Below are positions 41,005 to 52,098 of a DNA stretch of 64,000 nt, one piece after another. Within the stretch, counting starts at the first letter, position 1; every line of letters begins with the position of its first letter. The DNA comes from an uncultured Salinisphaerales bacterium (GTDB lineage Bacteria; Pseudomonadota; Gammaproteobacteria; Nevskiales; OUC007): contig CALBOV010000005.1 in assembly GCA_937896565.1 (NCBI GenBank), forward strand, positions 396 to 64,395, written 5' to 3'. The notes below the pieces were generated by a model, which made no database searches, was not told the DNA's origin, and worked only from the letters and a program-made list of their open reading frames with translations. The translations under genes and the position numbers were made by a program.

Positions 41005-41064
41005 GGAAGCACTGATTTATTCACGCCGCCAATTGGTGGTGTGAATAAATCAGTGCTTCCCTAG
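41001..41064. mobile_element. 64-bp palindromic MITE-like element with IS5-like ends
   Basis: Perfect 24-bp inverted repeat CTAGGGAAGCACTGATTTATTCAC / GTGAATAAATCAGTGCTTCCCTAG around a 16-bp quasi-palindromic core; CTAG at both ends. Confidence 0.6.
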
Positions 41065-41089
41065 CGGCCGCCGTATCGGGGGTCGGTCA

Positions 41090-41206
41090 GGTTTCATCCG
41101 GAGGTTCGATTGCCACTCCCCCCTCCCCGCAAACCGTCGAACGTCACGTTCGCTGGTTGAGAGCCCCGGATGAATCGAGGCGGCCTTCGGGCCGCCTCTC
41201 TTTTTT
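41090..41206 (+). ncRNA. Candidate structured sRNA / 3'-UTR RNA with a C-rich loop
   Basis: Stem 41093-41107 / 41161-41174 encloses two hairpins, one with loop CACTCCCCCCTCCCC; directly followed by a terminator. Confidence 0.4.
41177..41206 (+). terminator. Intrinsic terminator
   Basis: GAGGCGGCC-TTCG-GGCCGCCTC-TCTTTTTT (C-UUCG-G tetraloop). Confidence 0.88.
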
Positions 41207-41251
41207 GGGTACGGCTCAGGCCGGGGTTCCGCTGGCGGGCCGTGGAAAACG

Positions 41252-42210
41252 CTAGAGCGGTTCGTCGCCCGCGGTCGCCGATTCCGCGCCGTTGACCGGA
41301 ACAATGCGTTCCGGTTGCGCAAGCAGTGGGATCTGCGCGGGCATGCCGACTGCGGACGTCGCGATCTCGCGCACCCGGTCCAGGTCGACCACCACGCCAG
41401 GCCGTTCACCGATGGCCGCGGACAGTGCGGCATCCAGCGTCTCCAGCGTGGTCGCGTCCGGTGCGCCGGGCACCCACGGCGAATGCGCTTCCATCCACAG
41501 CTGATCGCCGGACCAGCGGAACTTGTAGGGCTGGTTCACCAGATCCACGCGGGTGTCGACGCTGACGTTGTCGTACAGCCAGGCGATGTCGGCCGGGTAC
41601 ATGCGGATGCAGCCATGGGTGACCTGCATGCCGATGCCGGCGGGTTTGTTCGTGCCGTGGATCAGATAGCCCGGCAACCCGAGGCGCAGGGCGTGCTGGC
41701 CGAGCGGATTGTCGGGGCCGGCCGGAACCACGTCCGGCAGGGTCTCACCGCGCTCCAGGGCCTCCTGCCGGATCGATTCCGGTGGCGTCCAGGTCGGGTC
41801 CTTGATCCGGCTGATGATGCGGGTCGTGCCCAGCGGAGTGCGCCAGTCCTGGCGGCCGATGCTGATCGGAAAGCTCACTACCCGGGCGCGCTCCGGAATC
41901 GACTCGTCGGCGAACAATGCGTAAAGCCGCATCTCCGCCACGTTGATCAGCAGGCGAGTTTCACCGGGGACCGGGTCCGGCGCCGACCAGCGGGGCAGCA
42001 GGTGCTGGGCCGGCAGGATCACAGTGCGCCCGGTGCCGGGCAGCCAGGGATCGATGCCCGGGTTGGCCAGGCGGATTTCCTGGAAGCCCACGCGAAAGCG
42101 GCGCGCCATGTCGACGACGGTGTCCTCGGCGGTGACGATCCGCTCGATCGGCTGACCGATGCTGGGAGGAAAGCTGACGGCCGCCGCGCCGAGCAGCCAG
42201 AGTCCGCTGA

Positions 42211-42214
<4 letters not shown>
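41252..42214 (-). CDS. L,D-transpeptidase (ErfK/YbiS/YcfS/YnhG family)
   Basis: LysM-like ANPGIDPWLP, INVAEMRLY, PAGPDNPLG and catalytic IHGT..THGCIRM; overlaps the glrR stop. Confidence 0.92.
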
Positions 42215-43529
<1,315 letters not shown>

Positions 43530-43533
<4 letters not shown>

Positions 43534-44105
43534 TCCGCGTAGTCCCGGTCGGTGGATCGCTCGATGGAGGTCAAGGCGTTGATCTGTTCCTTCATGTTCT
43601 GAATCGTCCGGTCCTTGGCGGTGGCTTCCGCTTCCAGTCGGGTGACACGGGTGTGCAGCGTCTGTTGTTCCGCGTTCCAGGCCCTCAGTGTATCCCGCGC
43701 CGAAATCAGCAGGCGCTCGCTCCAGTTGTCCAGCTGGATGTCGTCGTCCAGCAAGGCCGCGAAATGCGTTTCGGCCTGCGTGGCGTCGAACGCCGGGTGT
43801 CCGGGCCGGGCGGTCAGCAGCGCCAGGCGGGCGTGATCGCAGGGCGGCATGCCGCTGTCCTCGGCGAATCGGAGGCCATCGGCCGCCGCTTCCAGCTGCG
43901 TGGGCGTGTAGCTCGCCATCGTCGCCGCGAAGGTGAACAGGCCGGGGCAGCCGTAGACACCGTCGCGCGGTTTGGCGTCCGACGTGCTGATGATGGGTCC
44001 GCTGGCACCGGGCGGGGTCGCGCCCGGGTATTTCTGCGGCAGCAAGCCACATCCGACCATCAACAAACTGCCCGCCAGCGCGAGTCCGACCAAGCCTGCT
44101 TTCAT
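43530..44105 (-). CDS. YfhG/QseG-like helical lipoprotein
   Basis: Lipobox MVGC; C-terminal coiled coil QINALTSIERS resembling YfhG; sits between kinase and regulator with overlapping start/stop codons. Confidence 0.7.
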
Positions 44106-45520
44106 AGTGTTTTTGGTGCCTGCAGGGTGAACAAGGCCCCGCCGTTCGGGCCGGAGTCTACGTGGACAATCCCGCCATGCCTACGCATGCAGGTTGCGAC
44201 CACGGCAAGACCGATGCCACTTCCGGCCAGCGGACCGCGACCGCTGCGGGAGCCCTGGACGAACGGCTGGAAGATCGTGTCCCGATCCGCCAGATCCACG
44301 CCCGGGCCGCTGTCTTCCACAGACAGCCACCAGGCATCTTCGTTCTCGCCTCCACGGACGATTACCTCGCCGCCCTCGGGCGAATACTTGATGGCATTGG
44401 ACACGAGATTGCTCACTGCGAGCTGCAAACTGTCGGCATGACCCAGGATGCCGATATCTCGGGTCTCGTTGGAGATTTTCAACTGGCTGGCCCGGGCGGC
44501 GAGCCGATGGCCCGTCAGAACCTTGTCCACCAGCGCGCGCAGGCGGATCGGTTCCATCTCCGGGGTTTGCGTGGCGTCGGCCCAGGCGTGGAACTTGAGC
44601 AGGTTCTCGATCAGCCGCTTCAGCTGGTCCGCGCTTACGGACAGGATGTCCAGCACCTCCAGCTGTTCCGGACTCGGCGTGCCGATCACGCCGTCATGCA
44701 GCAGCGCGAGGCCCTCCATGAAGCTGGACAGCGGCGTCTTCAGCTCGTGCGACATGTGCTGCAGGAAGCGATCCTTTTCCTGTTCCATCGCCAGCAGCTG
44801 CTGACGCATCCAGTCGAGCTGGCGGGCGAGTTCCACCAGTTCGGCCGGCCCCTCCACCTCGACCGGCCGATCCAGCCGGCCCCGGCCCATGCGACGAATC
44901 GCCACGGAGAACTGCCGGATCGGGCGCACGGTCAGGTAGGTGAAGATGATCGCCAGCGCGATGGACGCGGGAATCAGTGCCACGGTTGGCAGGGCCAGCT
45001 GCCGCCTTGCCCGGTCGGCCTGTTCGTTGACGGCGCGGACTTCCTGGTCGACGTAGTCGTTGATCTCGCGAACCACACTGCGCCGGTGCAGGTTCAGGTT
45101 GCCGAGATCCGCCAGCGCTCCGCGCGCATCGGGCAGACCACCCTGGAGCTCCTCGGGCAGTTGCTCGATGGTCTCGCGGATGGTGATCAGCGGCAGCAGG
45201 GAAATCGCGTCGGGGAACAGGCCCAGCGCATCCAGCGTGGTCTCGACCGTGGCGATGCGCTCCCGGACGACCTGGAGACCCTCGTCGTCCTGCAGGATGG
45301 CGTACTGACGGGCGGCTCGGTCCAGCGCGTCCAGCTGGTCGCCCAACGCCGCGCCCAGGTCCACCAGCGAGGCCGTGTCCGCGACCAGGCGCTGGGACTG
45401 CTGCGTCAGGTCGCCCACCGACCGGTAGGCGACCGGAATCGCGACCATCAGCGGCATCGCGACGAGCAGGTAGCCCGTCGCGACCAGCGTGAGCATGGAC
45501 CGCGGACGAAAGCGGAACAT
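44102..45520 (-). CDS. glrK: Sensor histidine kinase GlrK/QseE
   Basis: Two TM segments, HAMP (GPAELVELARQLDWMR), H-box HMSHELKTPL, NAIKYSP and G boxes. Confidence 0.85.
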   Translation of the reverse strand: MFRFRPRSMLTLVATGYLLVAMPLMVAIPVAYRSVGDLTQQSQRLVADTASLVDLGAALGDQLDALDRAARQYAILQDDEGLQVVRERIATVETTLDALGLFPDAISLLPLITIRETIEQLPEELQGGLPDARGALADLGNLNLHRRSVVREINDYVDQEVRAVNEQADRARRQLALPTVALIPASIALAIIFTYLTVRPIRQFSVAIRRMGRGRLDRPVEVEGPAELVELARQLDWMRQQLLAMEQEKDRFLQHMSHELKTPLSSFMEGLALLHDGVIGTPSPEQLEVLDILSVSADQLKRLIENLLKFHAWADATQTPEMEPIRLRALVDKVLTGHRLAARASQLKISNETRDIGILGHADSLQLAVSNLVSNAIKYSPEGGEVIVRGGENEDAWWLSVEDSGPGVDLADRDTIFQPFVQGSRSGRGPLAGSGIGLAVVATCMRRHGGIVHVDSGPNGGALFTLQAPKTL

Positions 45521-45696
45521 CAGGGGCGTGCCCGTCGCCGGAGGGTCGGGAACGCGGGATTTTCGGCGCAATCAGTCGCTCGATGCATACCGGCAAGTCT
45601 ACCCGAGCCAGGGAACGGTCCGACCGGGTGATACACTCGCGCGCCAGCCGCGGTCGGCGGACCGACCGGCCGCGCTCAGGCAGCAACCCAGGAGTC

Positions 45697-46770
45697 TTGA
45701 CCATTTCCACCGAGGCCATTGCCGCCGCATTGGCGGCCGACCGGATTCCCTATCTCGACAGTGACTGGATCAGTGCCGGAGCCGTCCGCGTCAACGACGG
45801 CCAGCGGCTGGATCTGGTGCTGGGCTTTCATCTCGGCGACCGTCACGAGGCGACGCTGGAGCACCTGCGAGCCATCTGCTCGCGGGCCGCCGGTCGTCCG
45901 GTCAATGTCAGTCTGAGCACGGAGATCGGCACGCACGCGGTGCAGGCCGGCCTGCGTCCGCTGGCGCGGATTCACAACATCATTGCTGTCGCCTCCGGCA
46001 AGGGCGGCGTGGGCAAGTCCACCGTGTCGGCCAACCTGGCGCTGGCGCTGCTCGCCGATGGTGGCCGTGTGGGGCTGCTGGACGCCGACATCTACGGCCC
46101 CAGCCAGCCACGGATGATGGGCACCAGCGAACGGCCCCAGTCGCCGGACGGCAAGACCATGCTGCCGGTGATGGCGCATGGGCTGGCGACCATGTCCATC
46201 GGCTACCTGATCGATGCCTCGGAGCCGACCATCTGGCGCGGCCCGATGGTGACCCAGGCCCTGCAGCAACTGCTGACCGAAACCCAGTGGCCGGAGCTGG
46301 ACTACCTGATCATCGACCTGCCGCCGGGCACCGGCGACACTCAGCTCTCGCTGGTGCAGCGGATTCCCGTGAGCGGATCGGTGATCGTGACCACGCCGCA
46401 GGACATCGCGCTGCTCGACGCCCGCAAGGGCCTGGAAATGTTCCGCAAGGTGCAGGTGCCGGTGCTGGGCGTGATCGAGAACATGGCCTACCACCGCTGC
46501 GGCAACTGCGGCGAGGTCAGCCACATCTTTGGCGAAGGCGGTGGCCAGCGGCTGGCCGAGGCCACTGGCGTGCCGGTGCTGGGCCAGTTGCCGCTGGATG
46601 CCGCGATTCAGCTCGCGGCCGACGGCGGGCGGCCGACCGTGATCGCCGAGCCGGCGTCGGACAACGCGCAGGCCTACCGCGAGATCGCACGCCGAACCGC
46701 GGCCGGGCTGGCCGGGCGGGTGCAGGGTCAGGGCTCGCGCTTTCCGGACATCGTCATCGTCGACGACTAG
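45697..46770 (+). CDS. apbC: Fe-S cluster carrier ApbC/Mrp
   Basis: SGKGGVGKST, DADIYGPS, WRGPM, DLPPGTGD and CxxC motifs; TTG start after AGGAG. Confidence 0.93.
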   Translation: MTISTEAIAAALAADRIPYLDSDWISAGAVRVNDGQRLDLVLGFHLGDRHEATLEHLRAICSRAAGRPVNVSLSTEIGTHAVQAGLRPLARIHNIIAVASGKGGVGKSTVSANLALALLADGGRVGLLDADIYGPSQPRMMGTSERPQSPDGKTMLPVMAHGLATMSIGYLIDASEPTIWRGPMVTQALQQLLTETQWPELDYLIIDLPPGTGDTQLSLVQRIPVSGSVIVTTPQDIALLDARKGLEMFRKVQVPVLGVIENMAYHRCGNCGEVSHIFGEGGGQRLAEATGVPVLGQLPLDAAIQLAADGGRPTVIAEPASDNAQAYREIARRTAAGLAGRVQGQGSRFPDIVIVDD

Positions 46771-46815
46771 AGCGACGTTCGTGATTCAACGACCAACCGA
46801 GGCAGGCAGGGGAAG

Positions 46816-47382
46816 ATGAGCATCAAGTCCGATCGCTGGATCCGGCGCATGGCGTCCGAGCAGGGAATGATCGAGCCGTTCGCGGACACGCAGGTGCGCG
46901 CCGTCGACGGGCAGCGCATCGTCTCCTATGGCGTGTCCAGCTATGGCTACGACGTGCGCTGCGCGGACGAGTTCAAGATCTTCACCAACATCAATACGGC
47001 CATCGTCGACCCCAAGGCCTTCGACGAGAAAAGCTTCGTCGACTTTCAGGGTGACTGCTGCATCATCCCTCCCAATTCCTTCGCGCTGGCGCGGACCATC
47101 GAGTACTTCCGCATCCCGCGCAGCACGCTGACGATTTGCCTGGGCAAGAGCACGTATGCGCGCTGCGGCATCATCGTCAACGTTACGCCGCTGGAACCCG
47201 AGTGGGAGGGCCACGTGACGCTGGAGTTCTCCAACACCACCCCGCTGCCGGCGAAGATCTACGCCAACGAGGGCGTGGCGCAGATGCTGTTCCTGGAATC
47301 CGACGAGATCTGCGATGTGTCCTACGGGGACCGCGCCGGCAAGTACCAGGGCCAGCGCGGCGTGACGCTGCCGAAGACCTAG
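46816..47382 (+). CDS. dcd: dCTP deaminase
   Basis: [25 protein letters not shown] and TPLEPEWEG motifs. Confidence 0.97.
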   Translation: MSIKSDRWIRRMASEQGMIEPFADTQVRAVDGQRIVSYGVSSYGYDVRCADEFKIFTNINTAIVDPKAFDEKSFVDFQGDCCIIPPNSFALARTIEYFRIPRSTLTICLGKSTYARCGIIVNVTPLEPEWEGHVTLEFSNTTPLPAKIYANEGVAQMLFLESDEICDVSYGDRAGKYQGQRGVTLPKT

Positions 47383-47924
47383 GGAAACCGCGGTGCCGAG
47401 GGTTCGTGGTCCACGCGCAATGCGTTCACCACGAAGCTCACGGCGTGATAAAGCCCGGCGAGCATGACGATCTCCACCAGTTGATCATCGGCATAATGCT
47501 CGGCGAGCCGGGCCCACAGGGTGTCCGGAATCGACTGCCGCTCGTGCAGGGCATCGACACAGCCGATCAGGCAGCGCTGCTTGTCGGTCCACAGGTTCGG
47601 GTCGATGGCCTGACACACGGTGTCCTCCACCTGCTCCCGGCTCAGGCCGGCCGCCGCGGCGAAGCCGGCGACGTGCACGCCCCATTCGTATTCGGCCCGG
47701 CAGCGCGCGCAACTGCGCAGAATTACCAGTTCGCGATCGGCCAGGCTGATCGACCCCTTGTCCAGCAAGCCGCCGGCGAGCATGCGCTCCAGTACCCGCG
47801 GGTTGTGGGCCACCGTGGCGAAGATGTTCAGCACGGGCATGCCGTCGGGCAGCAGCGCATCCAGCATGGCCTGGGCCTTGGCGGAATAGGGTGGCGGTAA
47901 TGGTTTGAGTCTCGGTGCGTCCAT
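47379..47924 (-). CDS. Carboxymuconolactone decarboxylase/AhpD-like protein
   Basis: [11 protein letters not shown] and RELVILR..C..EYEWGVH motifs. Confidence 0.8.
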   Translation of the reverse strand: MDAPRLKPLPPPYSAKAQAMLDALLPDGMPVLNIFATVAHNPRVLERMLAGGLLDKGSISLADRELVILRSCARCRAEYEWGVHVAGFAAAAGLSREQVEDTVCQAIDPNLWTDKQRCLIGCVDALHERQSIPDTLWARLAEHYADDQLVEIVMLAGLYHAVSFVVNALRVDHEPSAPRFP

Positions 47925-47933
47925 GATAGTTTT

Positions 47934-47974
47934 GCTACTGGAAGTGTAGCGATAAACGCTACTCAATGTGTAGC
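47934..47974. promoter_or_regulatory. Two tandem palindromic operators GCTAC-N7-GTAGC
   Basis: 47934-47950 GCTACtggaagtGTAGC and 47958-47974 GCTACtcaatgtGTAGC, between the divergent AhpD-like and HxlR genes. Confidence 0.7.
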
Positions 47975-48001
47975 GGCCAGGCAAGCACCGTTCGTCCGCT
48001 C

Positions 48002-48310
48002 ATGGATCGAGACATGTCCTCACCACCGATCGCTCAAATCGTCGCGTTGCTGGGTCGCAAATGGCTGATGCGCGTGATCTGGGAACTGCGTGGTGATCCG
48101 CTGAGCTTCCGCCAGCTTCAACAGGCCTGCGGTGACATTTCACCCACCGTGCTGAACCAGCGGATCAAGGACCTGGTCGCGACCGGTCTGGTCGAGCGGC
48201 AGGCCGATGGCTACGCGCTGACGGCATTCGGGCGTGATCTGCTGGAGGTCTACAAGCCGCTGTCGGAATGGGCCGGGCGGTGGGTGGAGGCGACCGGCGG
48301 CTACCCCTGA
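48002..48310 (+). CDS. HxlR-family winged-helix regulator
   Basis: LLGRKW, FRQLQ, ISPTVLNQR and YALT..G motifs. Confidence 0.85.
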   Translation: MDRDMSSPPIAQIVALLGRKWLMRVIWELRGDPLSFRQLQQACGDISPTVLNQRIKDLVATGLVERQADGYALTAFGRDLLEVYKPLSEWAGRWVEATGGYP

Positions 48311-48333
48311 ACCGTCGATTCACGGACAAGCTC

Positions 48334-49479
48334 TCAGTGCCCGGCCGCGGCCGATGGGCCGGGCTTGAAGCGAAACACGGGGTAGGGCGCGTGCTCGGCC
48401 ACCGAGTCTGGTGGGCGGGCAATGACCTGATTGAGCGCTGAACCGGTGACGTAAAGCCAACCATCGGGGCCGAATGAAAAGCCGTCGGGCCAGCGCAGGC
48501 GCTCATCGCGGATCAGCGTGGTCAGTTCCCGTTCGGTGTCGAGTTCGATGATGGCCGAGTGCTCGGGGTCGGACAGGTAGATGTTGCCGGCGTCGTCGGT
48601 GGTGATGCCGTCGCTCATGGTCTTGAGCGCGTAGCGCTCGACGCGGCCGGCGACGGTGGCGGGCTCCAGCGCTTGATCGTCGAGATAGCGCGTGGCGACG
48701 CGGTAGAGATGGTTGCTGGTGATTGGGGCGAAGTACAGCCAGCGGCCGTCGCGGGACAGCGCGATCGAATCGACACCGGGCCGGATCGCGACCAGTCCGA
48801 AGGCCTCCATGCGCCGGCCCTGCACCATCGACACGTAGCGTTCGGGTACGACGCTTTCATGATGCTCGATGACCCGGCGGGCCAGCTTGGCGTCGATGTC
48901 GTAGACCAGCACCGCCGGGTCTTTGCGGAACAGGCTGGCATCGGCGATGTAGATCGTCCGACCGTCCGGACTCACCTGGAAATCGTTGAGATGTGAGCCC
49001 AGCGGCGCCATCTCGCGCGAGAAGCGGTAGCGGTGGACGAGTGCCCCGGAGCTCAGGTCGAAGCCGTAGAGGGCCGGGTGGTCGAGACCGTGATGGCCGT
49101 TGTCCAGGGCCCACAGCCGATCCTGACGGTCGATGCGGATAGACAGCACGTTGCGGAAGCCGTCGTCATCTCCACTGGGATGCTGGAACGCCTCGGACGG
49201 CCAGGGCCTGGCCTGTCCGTCGACCCATTCGATGACGCTGATGTCCGGCCGCGCCTCGGGGTGCAGGGTCAGGAACAACCGACCGTTGCGCGAGACCGCG
49301 ACATTGCCGGGCGGCGTGTCCAGCTCCGCGACGATCTCCAGGGTGCCGTCGGGCAGGGCCGCGGCCGTGGTCCGGTCGGGAAAGGCTCCACCACCGCCGT
49401 AGACGAGCTTGAGGACCAGCGCGGCCGCCGCGAGCAGACCGAGCAGCGCGCCGGTCAGTCTGAGCAGCCATCGGAGCAT
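48334..49479 (-). CDS. Major royal jelly protein / Yellow-like beta-propeller
   Basis: N-terminal anchor; IRIDRQDRLWALDNG, IYIAD, DSIALS and RLRWPDGF motifs. Confidence 0.75.
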   Translation of the reverse strand: MLRWLLRLTGALLGLLAAAALVLKLVYGGGGAFPDRTTAAALPDGTLEIVAELDTPPGNVAVSRNGRLFLTLHPEARPDISVIEWVDGQARPWPSEAFQHPSGDDDGFRNVLSIRIDRQDRLWALDNGHHGLDHPALYGFDLSSGALVHRYRFSREMAPLGSHLNDFQVSPDGRTIYIADASLFRKDPAVLVYDIDAKLARRVIEHHESVVPERYVSMVQGRRMEAFGLVAIRPGVDSIALSRDGRWLYFAPITSNHLYRVATRYLDDQALEPATVAGRVERYALKTMSDGITTDDAGNIYLSDPEHSAIIELDTERELTTLIRDERLRWPDGFSFGPDGWLYVTGSALNQVIARPPDSVAEHAPYPVFRFKPGPSAAAGH

Positions 49480-49491
49480 GCAGGGACGGCT

Positions 49492-50253
49492 TTACGGCGC
49501 GTTCGCGGACACTGAGACAGGCAGTTCCGGCAGCTTGCGCAATGCGATGGACAGCACCTCGGAGTCGTTCTTGCGCTGCTCGACGCGGACCGGGATGTAG
49601 CCCAGTTCCGGCGCGACCCAGAAGATGGTCGTCTTGCTCGGGTCCTTGACGCGTTCGACGCGAATCGCCTGCAACTCGCCCGCCGGCGTCTTGACCACTT
49701 CACGGCCCTTGACCTGCATCGTGTAGGTCTTGATGCGGTCGTCCTCGATCATGGTGAAGTTGCGCGGTTCGGTGGGCAGCGCGTCGGGGTGGCTGACCAG
49801 GAGGTCGCGCACCGCGAGCTGGATCGCGAGCCGGTCCATCGCATCCTCCGGGATCTGGCGTTCCTTGTCGCCCGGGCCGGTGACCGTCAGAGCGTCCCAG
49901 TCGAAATTCAGCACGAAGTTGTCCTCGGGTTCGTCGTCACGCCGGAACTCGAAGCGCTGGGTGCGGATGACGCCGTCGCGAACGCAGAATTCGCTGACCT
50001 CGTGCAACTGGCCGATGAACAGGCGTGCGAGCCCTACCGGCTTGGCGTCGTAACGATAGACATGGCAGTTCTGGCCGTCATCGTCGACCAGTTCGAATTC
50101 GGCGTGGCCCAGCGTCAGCGGGCCGCGGGTCAGGCTGTAGGACGCCTTCCAGGGCGCGAATGCCGCGTTGCTCGCACCAGTGGCGTCGGTGTCTTGCGCC
50201 GGCGCCTGGGCGCTTAGCAGCAGGCTCGCGGCGATCAGTAGGATTCGAGTCAT
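49492..50253 (-). CDS. DUF3108-like exported protein
   Basis: Signal peptide; DRLAIQL, TPAG and WVAPELGYIPVR; usual position after purN. Confidence 0.75.
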   Translation of the reverse strand: MTRILLIAASLLLSAQAPAQDTDATGASNAAFAPWKASYSLTRGPLTLGHAEFELVDDDGQNCHVYRYDAKPVGLARLFIGQLHEVSEFCVRDGVIRTQRFEFRRDDEPEDNFVLNFDWDALTVTGPGDKERQIPEDAMDRLAIQLAVRDLLVSHPDALPTEPRNFTMIEDDRIKTYTMQVKGREVVKTPAGELQAIRVERVKDPSKTTIFWVAPELGYIPVRVEQRKNDSEVLSIALRKLPELPVSVSANAP

Positions 50254-50271
50254 GGCAGGAGTCCTTGTCGG

Positions 50272-50958
50272 TCAAGGGGTGGGGGAATCCTCGGTCGATT
50301 CCTCGAGTGGCCACAGGGCCGGCGTCTGAAGCTGGGTGTCGTCCAGCCAGGCGACGTGGTCGCGCAGACGCAGCCGCCCGTCCGCCATCCAGCGGACAGC
50401 CGCCGGGTAGATCTGCAATTCCACGTTTTCCATCACGCGTCTGGCCAGCGTCTCCTCGGTATCGGTGGGCTCGACGGCGATCCGGCCCTGTAGGACCACG
50501 GGGCCCCCGTCCAGTTCCTCGGTGACGAAGTGGATGCTGGCCCCATGCCAGTGATCCGCCGCCTCCAGCGCCCGCCGGTGGGTCTGCAGGCCACGGTACT
50601 TGGGCAGCAGCGATGGGTGAATGTTCAGCATGCGCCCCTCGAATCGGCGGATGAACTCCGCGGTGAGGATGCGCATGAAGCCCGCCAGCGCGACGATGTC
50701 GGGCTCGACCGCGGCGATGGCGTCGCCGAGCACCTGATCGAAGGCCTCGCGGGTGGGGTAGTCGCGATGATCGATGGTTTGCGTGGCGATGCCCGCCGCC
50801 TCGGCCCGCGCCAGACCCTGAACGCCCGGCCGGTTGGAGATGACCAGCACGATCCGGGCGTGAAGGTCGTCGCGCTCGGCGGCATCGATCAGCGCCTGGA
50901 GGTTACGGCCCGTGCCGGAAATCAGGACGACCAGCCGCGCCGGTTGGCTCGGGTTCAT
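50272..50958 (-). CDS. purN: Phosphoribosylglycinamide formyltransferase
   Basis: [24 protein letters not shown] and LDGGP motifs. Confidence 0.96.
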   Translation of the reverse strand: MNPSQPARLVVLISGTGRNLQALIDAAERDDLHARIVLVISNRPGVQGLARAEAAGIATQTIDHRDYPTREAFDQVLGDAIAAVEPDIVALAGFMRILTAEFIRRFEGRMLNIHPSLLPKYRGLQTHRRALEAADHWHGASIHFVTEELDGGPVVLQGRIAVEPTDTEETLARRVMENVELQIYPAAVRWMADGRLRLRDHVAWLDDTQLQTPALWPLEESTEDSPTP

Positions 50959-51986
50959 CCGTCCAGCAGTACCTTGCGCTCGCCGGCGACGATCCGGCCG
51001 ATGCGCCAGGCGTCGATGTCGTGTTCAGCGGCGATGGCGAGCACGGCGTCCACGGCCTGCTGCGGCACCATCAACGTCATGCCGATGCCGCAATTGAACG
51101 TGCGGTGCATTTCGTCGTGGGCGATGTCGCCGGCCTCCTGCAACCACTGGAACAGCGGGCTGCGCGGCCAGGCGTTGGTGTCGATGATCGCCTGGCAGCC
51201 GTCCGGTAGCGAGCGCGGCACGTTCTCCAGCAGGCCGCCACCGGTGATATGGGCCATGCCGTGGACGGTCGAACGGGCCAGCATGTCCAGCACGCAGCGC
51301 ACGTAGATCTGCGTGGCCGCGAGCAGGACTTCGCCCAGGCTGCGGGTCTCGCCGGGAAGCGCGGTGTTCAGGTCCACGCCGCTGACCTCGATCAGCTTGC
51401 GGACCAGCGAGAAGCCGTTGGAATGCACGCCCGATGACGCCAGGCCGATAATCACGTCGCCATCGCCGACCTGGCTGCCGTCGAGAATCGCATCGCGCTC
51501 GACCACGCCGACGCAGAATCCGGCGAGGTCGAAATCGCCGGCGGCATACATGCCCGGCATTTCCGCCGTCTCGCCGCCGACCAGCGCGCAGCCGGCCAGC
51601 TCGCAGCCCCTGGCGATGCCGCGGATGACCGTGGCCGCCTGCTCGGTGTCCAGCTTGCCGGTTGCGTAGTAGTCCAGGAAGAACAGCGGTTCGGCACCGC
51701 CGACGAGGATGTCGTTGACGCACATCGCGACGAGATCGACGCCCACGCCGGACACGTCGCCCAGTTCGATGGCGAGCTTGAGCTTGGTGCCGACGCCGTC
51801 GGTGCCGGAGACCAGCACCGGCCGGCGGTAGCGGTCCACCGGCAGTTCGAACAACGCGCCGAATCCGCCCAGGCCGCCCAGCACGCCGGGACGCTGCGTG
51901 GCCGCCACGGCCGGTTTGATCGCGTCGACAAGGGCGTTGCCGGCATCGATGTCAACGCCAGCGTCGCGGTAGGTCAGTCCTGACAT
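50955..51986 (-). CDS. purM: Phosphoribosylformylglycinamidine cyclo-ligase
   Basis: [31 protein letters not shown] and HITGGG motifs. Confidence 0.97.
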   Translation of the reverse strand: MSGLTYRDAGVDIDAGNALVDAIKPAVAATQRPGVLGGLGGFGALFELPVDRYRRPVLVSGTDGVGTKLKLAIELGDVSGVGVDLVAMCVNDILVGGAEPLFFLDYYATGKLDTEQAATVIRGIARGCELAGCALVGGETAEMPGMYAAGDFDLAGFCVGVVERDAILDGSQVGDGDVIIGLASSGVHSNGFSLVRKLIEVSGVDLNTALPGETRSLGEVLLAATQIYVRCVLDMLARSTVHGMAHITGGGLLENVPRSLPDGCQAIIDTNAWPRSPLFQWLQEAGDIAHDEMHRTFNCGIGMTLMVPQQAVDAVLAIAAEHDIDAWRIGRIVAGERKVLLDG

Positions 51987-52098
51987 GGGAGGGTTCTCGT
52001 GAGCAAAACGATGAACCCGCCGGACGGCATGGTCGCGAGCCGGAGAATCCGCGACCAACGCGCCTGTCCGCGGCGGGGAGTGGGTACAATTGTAAACC

